This document shows positions 27,197-36,887 of a stretch of DNA of 64,000 nucleotides, in pieces. Position numbers and translations under genes: made by a program. Position 1 is the first letter of the stretch, and each line of letters starts with the position of its first letter. Under the pieces are notes generated by a model. The model made no database searches. It had not been told where the DNA came from and saw nothing but the letters and a program-made list of their open reading frames with translations. Source of the DNA: Clostridia bacterium (lineage in GTDB: Bacteria; Bacillota; Clostridia; Oscillospirales; Acutalibacteraceae); NCBI GenBank assembly GCA_029007095.1, contig JAQXHF010000050.1, positions 1,061 to 65,060 of the forward strand, read 5' to 3'.

Positions 27197-27250
27197 AGGG
27201 ATTGTTCGCACTTAGCAAATTAAATCCGAGTGCGGCAATCCCTTTTCGTT
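27197..27250 (+). terminator. Terminator after argF
   Basis: AGGGATTG...CGCACT / AGTGCG...CAATCCCT long stem followed by TTTTCGTTT. Confidence 0.6.
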
Positions 27251-27335
27251 TGAATTTTATCTTTGATAGCTTTTGAAAATAAGCTAATAAGCACCCTTTT
27301 GATAAGCAGAAAAACTTAAAATACATCGAATTTTA

Positions 27336-27364
27336 TTGACTTATTATCAATTTAGATGTAAAAT
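27336..27364 (+). promoter_or_regulatory. Sigma70-like promoter for putP
   Basis: TTGACT (27336-27341), 17-nt spacer, TAAAAT (27359-27364). Confidence 0.5.
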
Positions 27365-27407
27365 AAACTTTATTACTATCGCTTGCGAGCGATATGGAGG
27401 GATTTAT

Positions 27408-28991
27408 TTGAACGGTAATTCTATTCAGGTTCTGATTGCGATGATTTGTTATATGGCTATCGTTATCGGAATCGGTTTGTTCTTTGCAAAGAGAGCAAAT
27501 AAAAATACGGAAAACTATTTCATCGGCGGACGCTCTCTCGGCCCGTGGATAGCCGCGATGAGCGCAGAGGCTTCCGATATGAGCGGATGGCTTCTCATGG
27601 GCTTGCCCGGAGTCGCTTATTGGTACGGTATTGCTGACGCGGCATGGACGGCTATCGGTCTTGCTCTCGGTACATACCTTAACTGGCTGTTGGTGTCGAA
27701 ACGACTTCGCAGATATTCTTATGTTGCGGACAATGCCATCACTTTGCCTGACTTTTTCAGCAACAGATATAAGGAAAACAAAAAAGTCCTTATGCTCATT
27801 TCTTCTCTGTTCATACTTATTTTCTTTGCGGTTTATGCCGGCAGCTGCTTCGTCACCTGCGGTAAGCTTTTCAGCACTCTGTTTAATACAGATTACAGAC
27901 TTATGATGATTCTCGGCGCTGTATTCGTTCTCGTTTATACATTCCTCGGCGGCTTCCTTGCCGAGAGCGCCTCTGACTTTATGCAGGCTATCGTTATGAT
28001 ATGCGCGCTTATTACCGTACTTGTACTCGGTACGATTCATGCAGGCGGTATTCATGCTGTTATTGAGAATGCGCGCAGCATACCCGGATTCTTCACTTTC
28101 TTCGGAATGGCAAATCCTGAACTCGGAGCTGACGGACTGCAAAAGATATCCGATGGTTCGCCTGTCTTCGGTGAGGCAAGCAAGTATGGATTCCTCACTA
28201 TAATATCGACTCTTTCTTGGGGACTTGGATATTTCGGAATGCCGCAGGTTCTTCTTCGCTTTATAGCGATTCGCAAAACAGACGAACTCAAACGATCCAG
28301 ACGAATCGCAACAGTTTGGGTTTTGATTTCCCTTTTTGCGGCTGTTTCGATAGGCGTTATCGGCAGAGCTATGCTCCCGACCGAGCTTCGTACTGCATCT
28401 GATTCGGAAAATATCTTTTCGATAATGTCTTCGACTCTTATGCATCCGCTTCTTGCCGGTGTTGTAATGGCAGGTATTCTTGCCGCAACAATAAGCTCGT
28501 CGGATTCATATTTGCTGATTGCCGCTTCGGCTTTCTCAAAAAATATTTTCCAGGGAATTATCAAAAAGGACGCAACGGATAAGCAGACGATGACGGTAAG
28601 CCGTATTACTTTACTTGCGGTTGCACTTGTCGGTGTGCTTATTGCCCTTGATGAAGACAGCGTTATTTTCACAATAGTCAGCTTTGCGTGGGCGGGCTTC
28701 GGAGCGACATTCGGACCGGTTATGCTGTTCTCGCTTTTCTGGAAGCGCACAACGCGCGCAGGTGCGATTGCCGGTATGGTTTCCGGCGGAGCTATGGTAT
28801 TCCTTTGGAAACTTGTTATTAAGCCAATCGGCGGAGTCTTCAGAATATACGAGCTGCTTCCCGCATTCCTTTTCTCATGCATAGTTATAGTTGTTGTATC
28901 GTTGCTGACAAAGAAACCGTCGGCAGATATAGAAAAAGAATTTGATGCGGCTAAAAACGAGGAAAGCTTCAACAAATATGTAAACGGTTAA
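27408..28991 (+). CDS. putP: Sodium:proline symporter (SSF family)
   Basis: ...NYFIGGRSLGPWIAAMSAEASDMSGWLLMGLPG... About 13 TM segments. TTG start at 27408 lies 6 nt after GGAGGG. No ATG is in a suitable position. Confidence 0.85.
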   Translation: MNGNSIQVLIAMICYMAIVIGIGLFFAKRANKNTENYFIGGRSLGPWIAAMSAEASDMSGWLLMGLPGVAYWYGIADAAWTAIGLALGTYLNWLLVSKRLRRYSYVADNAITLPDFFSNRYKENKKVLMLISSLFILIFFAVYAGSCFVTCGKLFSTLFNTDYRLMMILGAVFVLVYTFLGGFLAESASDFMQAIVMICALITVLVLGTIHAGGIHAVIENARSIPGFFTFFGMANPELGADGLQKISDGSPVFGEASKYGFLTIISTLSWGLGYFGMPQVLLRFIAIRKTDELKRSRRIATVWVLISLFAAVSIGVIGRAMLPTELRTASDSENIFSIMSSTLMHPLLAGVVMAGILAATISSSDSYLLIAASAFSKNIFQGIIKKDATDKQTMTVSRITLLAVALVGVLIALDEDSVIFTIVSFAWAGFGATFGPVMLFSLFWKRTTRAGAIAGMVSGGAMVFLWKLVIKPIGGVFRIYELLPAFLFSCIVIVVVSLLTKKPSADIEKEFDAAKNEESFNKYVNG

Positions 28992-29016
28992 ATTCTCCGA
29001 TTACAAAATAAATACA

Positions 29017-29056
29017 ATCGGCGGTTCTGCTCTTGAAGCGGAATCGCTGATTTTTT
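29017..29056 (+). terminator. Terminator after putP
   Basis: ATCGGCGGTTCTGC-tcttgaa-GCGGAATCGCTGAT, a 14-bp stem including G-U pairs, followed by TTTTTT. Confidence 0.6.
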
Positions 29057-29138
29057 GATTATTTATATTGAAGCAAGTTTAACTTTATGTTATAATAATA
29101 TATCTAAATTAAAACGGCATAAATTTCGGGGTGATTTT

Positions 29139-30950
29139 TTGGCAGTTAAAAAAGACAATATACGCAATTTTTCCATAATTGCTCACATAGATCACGGCAA
29201 ATCTACGCTTGCCGACCGTTTGCTTGAAAAAACCGAATCGGTTGCAGTTCGAGATATGACCGAACAGTTGCTTGACGATATGGATCTTGAACGCGAGAGA
29301 GGTATAACTATAAAGGCTCACGCGGTAAAATTGAATTACAAGGCAAATGACGGCGAGGAGTATGAACTTAATCTGATTGACACACCCGGTCATGTTGACT
29401 TCAATTACGAGGTTTCGCGTTCACTTGCCGCCTGCGAAGGCGCGCTTCTCATAGTCGACGCTTCTCAGGGAGTTGAAGCGCAAACGCTTGCCAACACTTA
29501 TCTTGCGCTTGATCACGATCTCGAAATAGTGCCTGTCATAAATAAAATTGACCTGCCGGCGGCAGACCCCGACAGAGTTGCCGAGGAAGTCGAAGAAATC
29601 ATCGGTCTCGACTGCTCGGACGCGCCGCGCGTTTCGGCTAAAACCGGTGAAAATATTGAACAGGTGCTTGAACATATTGTCAAGGATATTCCCGCGCCTA
29701 TTTATGCCGATGATACCAAACCGCTTCGTGCGCTGGTTTTTGACTCGGTTTATGACAATTACAGAGGCGTTATAGTTTATGTCAGAATAATGGACGGTAA
29801 AATTAAAGCCGGAGATACTATGCTGCTTATGGCTACGGGCGCAAGGTTTACCGTTGTAGAGGTCGGATATATGAGAGCGACTTCGCTTGAACCTGCCGAT
29901 GAGCTTACCGCCGGAGAGGTTGGATACATTACCGCTTCTATCAAGACGGTCAGCGACGCGAGAGTCGGTGATACCGTAACTACCGCTGAAAATCCGGCTT
30001 CCGAGCCGCTTCCCGGTTACAGGAAGGTTAATCCGATGGTGTTCTGCGGAGTTTACCCAGCTGACGGAGCAGATTATGAAAATTTGCGTGACGCACTTGA
30101 AAAATTACAGCTCAATGACGCGGCGCTGTCGTATGAACCGGAAACATCGGGCGCTCTCGGCTTCGGTTTCAGATGCGGATTTCTCGGCTTGCTTCATTTG
30201 GAAATCATACAGGAGCGCTTAGAGAGAGAATACAACCTCGATTTGGTGACAACGATTCCGAGCGTTGTTTACAGGATACATCTGACCGACGGCTCGGTAG
30301 TCGAGATTGATAATCCCACAAAATATCCCGATCCCGCTTATATCGACTATTGCGAAGAGCCTATTGCGGACGCGCATATCTATTCGCCTAATGAATATGT
30401 CGGAGCGATTATGGATTTGTGTCAGGAAAGGCGCGGAGTCTTTAAGGATATGACATATGTTTCTCCCGACAGAGTGGATATCTCGTATAATTTGCCGCTC
30501 AACGAGATAATATATGATTTCTTTGATGTGCTTAAATCAAGAACAAAAGGTTACGCGTCGTTTGATTATGAAATCAAGGGATATGAACGCTCAAATCTTG
30601 TTAAGCTTGATGTATTGCTTAACGGAGATACGATTGACGCGCTTTCATTTATAATTCATTCGGATAAGGCATATGGCAGAGCGAGAAAAATTGCAGAGAA
30701 GCTCAAAGATAATATACCGAGACAGATGTTTGAGATTCCCGTGCAAATCGCAATCGGCGGCAAGGTTATCGCCAGAGAAACGATTAAAGCGATGCGTAAA
30801 GATGTTCTGGCAAAATGCTACGGCGGAGATATAACCCGTAAGAAGAAGCTGCTTGAAAAGCAAAAAGAGGGTAAAAAGCGTATGCGCCACTTCGGAACGG
30901 TAGAGGTTCCGCAGGAGGCATTTATGGCAGTACTTAAACTTGATGAGTGA
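29139..30950 (+). CDS. lepA: Translation elongation factor 4
   Basis: [22 protein letters not shown]...DTPGHVDF...NKIDL, and the LepA C-terminal domain. Inferred TTG start at 29139 after GGGGTGA. Confidence 0.95.
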   Translation: MAVKKDNIRNFSIIAHIDHGKSTLADRLLEKTESVAVRDMTEQLLDDMDLERERGITIKAHAVKLNYKANDGEEYELNLIDTPGHVDFNYEVSRSLAACEGALLIVDASQGVEAQTLANTYLALDHDLEIVPVINKIDLPAADPDRVAEEVEEIIGLDCSDAPRVSAKTGENIEQVLEHIVKDIPAPIYADDTKPLRALVFDSVYDNYRGVIVYVRIMDGKIKAGDTMLLMATGARFTVVEVGYMRATSLEPADELTAGEVGYITASIKTVSDARVGDTVTTAENPASEPLPGYRKVNPMVFCGVYPADGADYENLRDALEKLQLNDAALSYEPETSGALGFGFRCGFLGLLHLEIIQERLEREYNLDLVTTIPSVVYRIHLTDGSVVEIDNPTKYPDPAYIDYCEEPIADAHIYSPNEYVGAIMDLCQERRGVFKDMTYVSPDRVDISYNLPLNEIIYDFFDVLKSRTKGYASFDYEIKGYERSNLVKLDVLLNGDTIDALSFIIHSDKAYGRARKIAEKLKDNIPRQMFEIPVQIAIGGKVIARETIKAMRKDVLAKCYGGDITRKKKLLEKQKEGKKRMRHFGTVEVPQEAFMAVLKLDE

Positions 30951-31078
30951 TTTTTATACAAAATGAATATCTTTAACATAAAAATATAGATTATTTTATA
31001 AAAATATATTGCAAATTACGATGCAGATGTGTTATAATATTCATTGTTTTAAGATATTTATTGTTAGGAGGTAAAAAT

Positions 31079-32608
31079 TTGGCTGCTGAAACAAAAAATA
31101 AAAAAGCCGATTCATCGGAAGTTAATGAACAGCAGGCTAACCGTAAGTTGCCAAAAAGCAGGCGCTATGTCGGAAGTAAAGAAACTTTTACATATGTTCT
31201 TTATGATATCGCGCAGTCTTTTAATATCGGTTCAAAGACCACATATTACCTGAACGATGTTTTGGTTATTTCCTATTGGTGGCAGGCGATCGTCAATTTC
31301 TTCGTCAGCATTTGGGATATTGTTAATGACCTTTTCCTTGCGGCGATAGTTGACCGTACAAATACAAGATTCGGTAAATTCAAACCGTATCTCATTATGT
31401 ACGCTATTCCCGGAACAATAATGAGTGTTATTTATTGGATGCTGCCGGCCATTTTCCCGGATACTTCAGCGACATTTATGCCGAAGATTATTACATTCTT
31501 CGTTCTGCAAATGGTTCAAAACCTTGTAACCTCAATGTATAACATCGCTAAAACGGGTATTTTGTCTACTATTACCCCTGATGTTATGGACAGAACGAGA
31601 CTTATCAATCAGGCAAACCTGTTCTCTTCCTTGGTTGAAAATATACCGAAACAGCTTATGACGGTATTTGTTGACCTTGTTAACCACGGTACGCTGAAAA
31701 TCAAGATGACCACCTTGTTTGTTTGGATGGGTTCAGTAACTGCGATTATTGCCGGTGCTCTCGGACTTATCTTCGCCCTGAAATGCAAAGAGCGTGTTCT
31801 TCAATCCGTTGAGAAGCCTTCTTTCAAAAATTCATTCGGCTCGATATTCAAGAATAAGCCGTTGCTTCTCTTGACATTGTCCGAATTCCTTGCACAGTTC
31901 CATGTTGACGCAGGAATTGATTTGTATTACATAAATGTTTTGAACTTCGGTTCTGCTTCCTTGATTGTTGGTATTCCGGGTATGCCGGTTACTTATCTGT
32001 CATATACTTATGTTAATAAGCTTCGTGAGAGATTCTCTACCAAGGCTTTGTGGGTATTCAGCGATAGCTTAGGCCCTGTTCTTACTATCATGGCATTCCT
32101 GTTAGGTTCTATTAACAAGAATTATAAGAAAGTTGTACCGATGATGATTATCCTTGCCGCAAAAGAGGCTATATGGAATACCATTTACGCTACTCGTAAG
32201 GTTATTCCTGAGGAAGTCCGTAATGAGATTATCGACTACGGTGAGTGGACCTGCGGTTACCGTACTGAGGGTATGACCGGTGTTGCAAAAGGTCTTGTTT
32301 CTAAGATTGTTGCTACATTCAAAAACAGCTTCCAGGCTGCTCTTCTCGGAATTATCGGATACAAGCAGGGACTTAAACCCGGTCAGCAGACCGAGCGCAC
32401 AGAGTATCTCCTCTTTGTGTGCGTAACTCTCGTACCTGCACTTACCGGTATGATTAGTAATATTCCTAAGATGTTCTACAACATTGACGCTAAGACTAAG
32501 GAGAGAATGTATAGCGAGCTTAAAGTTCGCCGTGCCGAAACCGAAAGATTGCTTCGTGAAAAAGAGGCAATGGAGTCAATCGGCCAGAGTGTTAACTCCG
32601 AGGGATAA
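31079..32608 (+). CDS. GPH-family (glycoside-pentoside-hexuronide:cation) MFS symporter
   Basis: DRTNTRFGKFKPYL motif and 12 predicted TM segments. TTG 31079 lies 7 nt after AGGAGG. A promoter TTGCAA-N18-TGtTATAAT is at 31009-31038. Confidence 0.8.
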   Translation: MAAETKNKKADSSEVNEQQANRKLPKSRRYVGSKETFTYVLYDIAQSFNIGSKTTYYLNDVLVISYWWQAIVNFFVSIWDIVNDLFLAAIVDRTNTRFGKFKPYLIMYAIPGTIMSVIYWMLPAIFPDTSATFMPKIITFFVLQMVQNLVTSMYNIAKTGILSTITPDVMDRTRLINQANLFSSLVENIPKQLMTVFVDLVNHGTLKIKMTTLFVWMGSVTAIIAGALGLIFALKCKERVLQSVEKPSFKNSFGSIFKNKPLLLLTLSEFLAQFHVDAGIDLYYINVLNFGSASLIVGIPGMPVTYLSYTYVNKLRERFSTKALWVFSDSLGPVLTIMAFLLGSINKNYKKVVPMMIILAAKEAIWNTIYATRKVIPEEVRNEIIDYGEWTCGYRTEGMTGVAKGLVSKIVATFKNSFQAALLGIIGYKQGLKPGQQTERTEYLLFVCVTLVPALTGMISNIPKMFYNIDAKTKERMYSELKVRRAETERLLREKEAMESIGQSVNSEG

Positions 32609-32627
32609 GAATTTGTTGATTAAAAAA

Positions 32628-32660
32628 TCTCCCATATCCATTTTGATATGGGAGGTTTTC
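32628..32660 (+). terminator. Terminator after the GPH transporter gene
   Basis: TCTCCCATATC-cattttg-ATATGGGAGG followed by TTTTCTTTT. Confidence 0.65.
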
Positions 32661-32685
32661 TTTTATCGGAAGTAGGGGATTTGAT

Positions 32686-33792
32686 GTGAAAAAAATCGGT
32701 CTGTATATTCATATTCCTTTTTGTGCGAGCAAGTGTCCGTACTGTGACTTCTATTCTATGCGCGCTGATAAAAGCACATTTGACAGTTATACGGATGCGG
32801 TTATAAGGCAGATGCACAGTTGGGTGAAGCGATATCCCTATCAGGCGGAAACCTTGTACCTCGGCGGCGGAACACCGTCGCTTATCGGCGCTGAAAATAT
32901 AGCAAAAATCGTTTCTGCGGCGAAGCAACTTTTCGGGACTAACGGTGAGATTACTGTTGAGTGCAACCCATCTGCGATAGAGGACGGATTTTTTGAAATG
33001 ATTGCCGCGTCGGGTGTGAACCGTATTTCACTCGGTTTGCAATCGGCGGTGGATTCCGAGCGCAGGATTCTCGGCAGACGCTCAGGTAATGAAACAATAA
33101 TAAAAAGAATCGAACAGGCGCGAACTGCCGGGATTGATAATATTTCACTTGATGTTATGCTCGGAGTTCCAAATCAAACCGAAGAAAGCTTAAAAGAAAC
33201 GGTGGATTTTTGCCTTGACTGCAATATTCCTCATATAAGCGCGTATATGCTAAAACTTGAAGAGGGTACTTATTATTATAAAAATGCCGATAGACTGAAT
33301 TTGCCTGATGACGACAGAGTTGCTGATATGTATTTATTGCTTTGTGATATGCTTAATGAGTCAGGTTTTTGTCATTATGAAATTTCAAATTTTGCGAAGC
33401 CGGGTTTTGAAAGTCAGCATAATTTGAAATATTGGAACTGTGAAGAATATCTCGGAATAGGTCCGTCCGCACATTCTTTTTTAGACGGTAAGCGATTTTA
33501 CTATCCGCGGGATTTGAATTCGTTTTTATCGGGAACTGATGTGATTAGTGACGGGTTCGGAGGGGACAAATCCGAATATATTATGCTCAGGCTCAGGTTA
33601 AAGGACGGACTTGATTTCAAAGAATATAAAGAGCGATTTTCTGAGAAAATTCCGAATGATTTTATCGTCAGAGCAGGGCAGTTTGCACGGCTCGGCTTGA
33701 TGAAAGTTGACGAGAACGGAGCAAGTATTACGGAAAAAGGTTTCCTTGTTTCAAATTATATAATTTGCGAATTAGAATTGAATTTATTATAA
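32686..33792 (+). CDS. hemW: Radical SAM heme chaperone HemW (coproporphyrinogen III oxidase-like)
   Basis: GLYIHIPFCASKCPYCDF...LYLGGGTPS. GTG start. Confidence 0.85.
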   Translation: MKKIGLYIHIPFCASKCPYCDFYSMRADKSTFDSYTDAVIRQMHSWVKRYPYQAETLYLGGGTPSLIGAENIAKIVSAAKQLFGTNGEITVECNPSAIEDGFFEMIAASGVNRISLGLQSAVDSERRILGRRSGNETIIKRIEQARTAGIDNISLDVMLGVPNQTEESLKETVDFCLDCNIPHISAYMLKLEEGTYYYKNADRLNLPDDDRVADMYLLLCDMLNESGFCHYEISNFAKPGFESQHNLKYWNCEEYLGIGPSAHSFLDGKRFYYPRDLNSFLSGTDVISDGFGGDKSEYIMLRLRLKDGLDFKEYKERFSEKIPNDFIVRAGQFARLGLMKVDENGASITEKGFLVSNYIICELELNLL

Positions 33793-33878
33793 AATATATA
33801 TTTAAAATAAATAAAATCTCTTGAATTTAATATATCGCTATGTTATAATACTAACAAACAAATAAGGAGGTTTTTACT

Positions 33879-34712
33879 ATGAGTTTTCCTGTTGCACTTC
33901 AGCTTTATTCGGTTCGCGACGATATGGAAGCTGATTTTGCAGGTACGATAAAAGCTGTCAAAGCTATGGGCTATGACGGCGTAGAGTTTGCAGGACTTTA
34001 CGGCAAAACAGCCGCAGAGGTTAAGGCGATTGTTGACGAAGCGGGTATTGTTCCGATTTCTGCTCATGTTCCGTATGATGAGCTTATCGCGGATCCCGAA
34101 AAAGCTGTTTCGACTTATGCCGAAATCGGCTGTAAGTACATAGCATATCCCTATGCAGTTGAGGAGCGCCGCCCCGGTGCAGAGCTTTTTGACGATACCG
34201 TAGAGGGTATGAAAAAAATTGCGGAGGTTGCCGCAAAGTATGGCATAACTATGCTTTATCACAACCACGATTTTGAGTTTAAAAAGGTTGACGGTGTTTA
34301 CGGTCTTGACCTTTTATACAGCTCGCTCACTCCCGAACAGCTCAAAACTCAGCTTGATACTTGCTGGGTTAATGTCGGCGGCGAAAATCCTGCCGAATAT
34401 ATTAAAAAGTACTCAGGCCGCGCACCTGTTGTTCATCTTAAAGATTTCTATATGAGCGGAAAAGGTAAGCCGGCAAAGCTTTATCAGCTTATCGGAATTG
34501 ACGATTCTGCCCAGGAGGAACAGAACGGCGAGGAAGCTTTCGGATTCCGTCCCTGCGGTTACGGTGTTCAGAATTTCCCCGAAATTCTTGAAGCCTGCAA
34601 GAGCGCGGAAACAAAGTGGGTTGTTGTCGAGCAGGATCAGCCCTCACTCGGCAAAACTCCTATGGAGTGCGCTAAAATGAGCATTGAATATGTAAAAGAA
34701 ATCAATAAGTAA
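33879..34712 (+). CDS. Sugar phosphate isomerase/epimerase (xylose-isomerase-like TIM barrel)
   Basis: About 277 aa. GYDGVEF...HNH...LKD pattern. A promoter TTGAAT-N17-TATAAT is at 33821-33849. Confidence 0.75.
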   Translation: MSFPVALQLYSVRDDMEADFAGTIKAVKAMGYDGVEFAGLYGKTAAEVKAIVDEAGIVPISAHVPYDELIADPEKAVSTYAEIGCKYIAYPYAVEERRPGAELFDDTVEGMKKIAEVAAKYGITMLYHNHDFEFKKVDGVYGLDLLYSSLTPEQLKTQLDTCWVNVGGENPAEYIKKYSGRAPVVHLKDFYMSGKGKPAKLYQLIGIDDSAQEEQNGEEAFGFRPCGYGVQNFPEILEACKSAETKWVVVEQDQPSLGKTPMECAKMSIEYVKEINK

Positions 34713-34750
34713 AAATTTTATTTTAACTTATTAGGAAAGGATTTGTTTTT

Positions 34751-35902
34751 ATGTCTGACGCAGTATTGAATCAATTTACACAGACAGTTTATGAAGAGGA
34801 GAAAAACTCCGAGAGACGCTTTAAGGTTGGTATTATAGGAACAGGTTGGATTGCAGAGTCGCACATTGAGAGTTATTTGCAGATGGACGATGTTGATATC
34901 GTTGGCGTTGCCGACCTCATTCCCGGAAAGGCTGAGAAATTTATCGCCCGTTACAATAAGGACGGCAAGCTTGATAATGTTCACTACTATCCGAGCCATA
35001 AGGAATTGCTTGACAGCGAGGAGCTTGACGCTGTAAGCGTTTGCACATACAACAAAACTCATGCAGAGTGTACTATTTATGCTCTTGAAAAGGGCGTAAA
35101 TGTTCTGCTTGAAAAGCCGATGTGCGTTACAACAGAGGAAGCTGTTGAAATTATGAAAGCCGAGAAGAAGAGCGGAAAAATTGTTTCCGTCGGTTTCCAG
35201 CCGCGCGGCGATGAAAATATGAAGATGGTTAAGAAAATCGTTCAGTCCGGCGAGCTTGGCGAGATTTATTACATACAGACCGGTGGCGGACGCCGCAGAG
35301 GTATTCCCAACAGCACATTTATCGAGGAAAAAACCGCAGGTATCGGCGCAATGGGCGATATCGGTTGCTATTCTCTTGATATGGTTCTTAACGCTATCGG
35401 ATATCCGAAGCCGCTTACAGTTACCGGATATACATCGGATTTCTTCGGCACAAATCCGCTTTATAACAATCCTGCCGATGCAGCCCGTTTCAATGTCGAG
35501 GACTTTGCCGCAGCCTTTGTTCGTCTTGAAGGCGGTATAATACTTGACTTCCGTATTTCGTGGGCTTCTCATATCGACTCTCCGGGCGACACTATCATTA
35601 TGGGTAAGAAGGGCGCTCTCAGAATTCCCGCAACCGAGTGCTGGAACGGCGAAATGTCAGGCCCGATGACTGTTTACCACGATGTTGCCGGTGAGCAGGT
35701 TCAGACTGTAATTCCTCTCATTGAGTCAAAGGGCAAGGGACTTTTCTACAAGAAGTGCCGCTCATTCCTTGACGCTGTTGCAAACGGAGACAAGGCTCCC
35801 GTACCGACAAGTGAGATTCTTTACAATCAGGCAATAATCGACCATATTGTTAAGTCGGCTAAGCTTGGCAAGGAAATTCCCGTAGTTATTCCTGAAATCT
35901 AA
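34751..35902 (+). CDS. Gfo/Idh/MocA-family NAD(P)-dependent oxidoreductase
   Basis: FKVGIIGTGWIAESH (Rossmann fold), ...LLEKPM..., and a C-terminal alpha/beta domain. Confidence 0.85.
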   Translation: MSDAVLNQFTQTVYEEEKNSERRFKVGIIGTGWIAESHIESYLQMDDVDIVGVADLIPGKAEKFIARYNKDGKLDNVHYYPSHKELLDSEELDAVSVCTYNKTHAECTIYALEKGVNVLLEKPMCVTTEEAVEIMKAEKKSGKIVSVGFQPRGDENMKMVKKIVQSGELGEIYYIQTGGGRRRGIPNSTFIEEKTAGIGAMGDIGCYSLDMVLNAIGYPKPLTVTGYTSDFFGTNPLYNNPADAARFNVEDFAAAFVRLEGGIILDFRISWASHIDSPGDTIIMGKKGALRIPATECWNGEMSGPMTVYHDVAGEQVQTVIPLIESKGKGLFYKKCRSFLDAVANGDKAPVPTSEILYNQAIIDHIVKSAKLGKEIPVVIPEI

Positions 35903-35974
35903 AATTGAATTACAATGTAAACGGAGCTGTTAAACGCAGTTCCGTTTTCTTTTAAATATATTTAAGATATAAAA

Positions 35975-36015
35975 AACTTCCGCGATAAGAGAATGAGTCA
36001 ATTATCGCGGAAGTT
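35975..36015. terminator. Bidirectional terminator
   Basis: AACTTCCGCGATAA-12 nt-TTATCGCGGAAGTT, a 14-bp perfect stem flanked by A- and T-runs. It lies between convergent genes. Confidence 0.65.
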
Positions 36016-36040
36016 GTTTTACATAAAGATAAATACTGAA

Positions 36041-36883
36041 TTATTGAGTTGTCATAACTACTGTTGACGGTACGCGCTTATCTGATTTGCAAAGCTGTTC
36101 GAGTATAGGCATTGTATTCGCCGCTTCAATGTATGAAATATCGCTTGCGGTTTCAAGCTTTGAGAGAACTTTTCTGTAAATATCCATTCCGTTTTCAACA
36201 TTATCGGAGTTTATATAGTTGTCAAGCATAGCGCATATCAGCTCGCCCTGAGTTTTAAGTCCCGTTATGCCGAGCGTTTTGCAATAACGGAAATACTTTA
36301 TCAGCGTTTCTCCCTTGATGGTTTGCTTGCCCTGAGTCAGAATTAGCGTGAAATTATCGCTTCTGTATTCGATGCGGTTGGTAACATTATACTCCAAACC
36401 GCCCATATAGTTTATCGCCAGGGCAAATGTCTCGGAATTTGAAGCGATATATTTGTCAATCTGTATGCTCCTGTTTGCCGCGACCGCATTGACGAGCGTT
36501 TTAGCTCCGCTTTTAGAAAGAATATCAGAATAGGAACTTCCGTTGTAAGTGCCGTCTGTATCTATCGGATAAACTTTAAAGGTTTGTTCGCTCATATCCG
36601 CCTTTATGACAGCAAGGAAGAACAACTCGTTTGTTTCGCTGTCAGCGCTGTAAATCATTATGTTAGCGCTGCCTGATAACTTAGTTCCGTCGGAACCGGA
36701 CTCGGTTTTTTCGGTTTTGTCCTTTGAAAAAAAGCCCTGTGGCGTAATTTCATTATTGCGTATCACAACAAGAGCGGAAATTCCGCCGAAAACGAGCGCA
36801 AATATAACAAATGCGGTAACAAAACGAATTATATTTCCGTGTTTAGCTTCTTTTTCAGTTTTGAAAGTGTGGTTTTTTCTCAT
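36041..36883 (-). CDS. LytR-CpsA-Psr (LCP)-like membrane-anchored protein
   Basis: N-terminal TM segment. ...NIMIYSADSETNELFFLAVIKADMSEQTFKVYPIDTD...IDKYIASNSETFALAINYMGGLEYNV fits the LCP pattern loosely. Confidence 0.5.
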   Translation of the reverse strand: MRKNHTFKTEKEAKHGNIIRFVTAFVIFALVFGGISALVVIRNNEITPQGFFSKDKTEKTESGSDGTKLSGSANIMIYSADSETNELFFLAVIKADMSEQTFKVYPIDTDGTYNGSSYSDILSKSGAKTLVNAVAANRSIQIDKYIASNSETFALAINYMGGLEYNVTNRIEYRSDNFTLILTQGKQTIKGETLIKYFRYCKTLGITGLKTQGELICAMLDNYINSDNVENGMDIYRKVLSKLETASDISYIEAANTMPILEQLCKSDKRVPSTVVMTTQ

Positions 36884-36887
36884 TTTA

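Noticed and set aside
27333-28445. 370-aa ORF on the minus strand, and its neighbour at 28052-28975 (307 aa)
   Set aside because: Both are entirely antisense to the well-supported putP gene. Their composition is low-complexity and Arg/Ser/Cys-rich, with no RBS or motifs. They are shadow ORFs.
34718-35572. 284-aa minus-strand ORF
   Set aside because: It is antisense to the Gfo/Idh/MocA oxidoreductase, whose Rossmann motif and RBS are clear on the plus strand.
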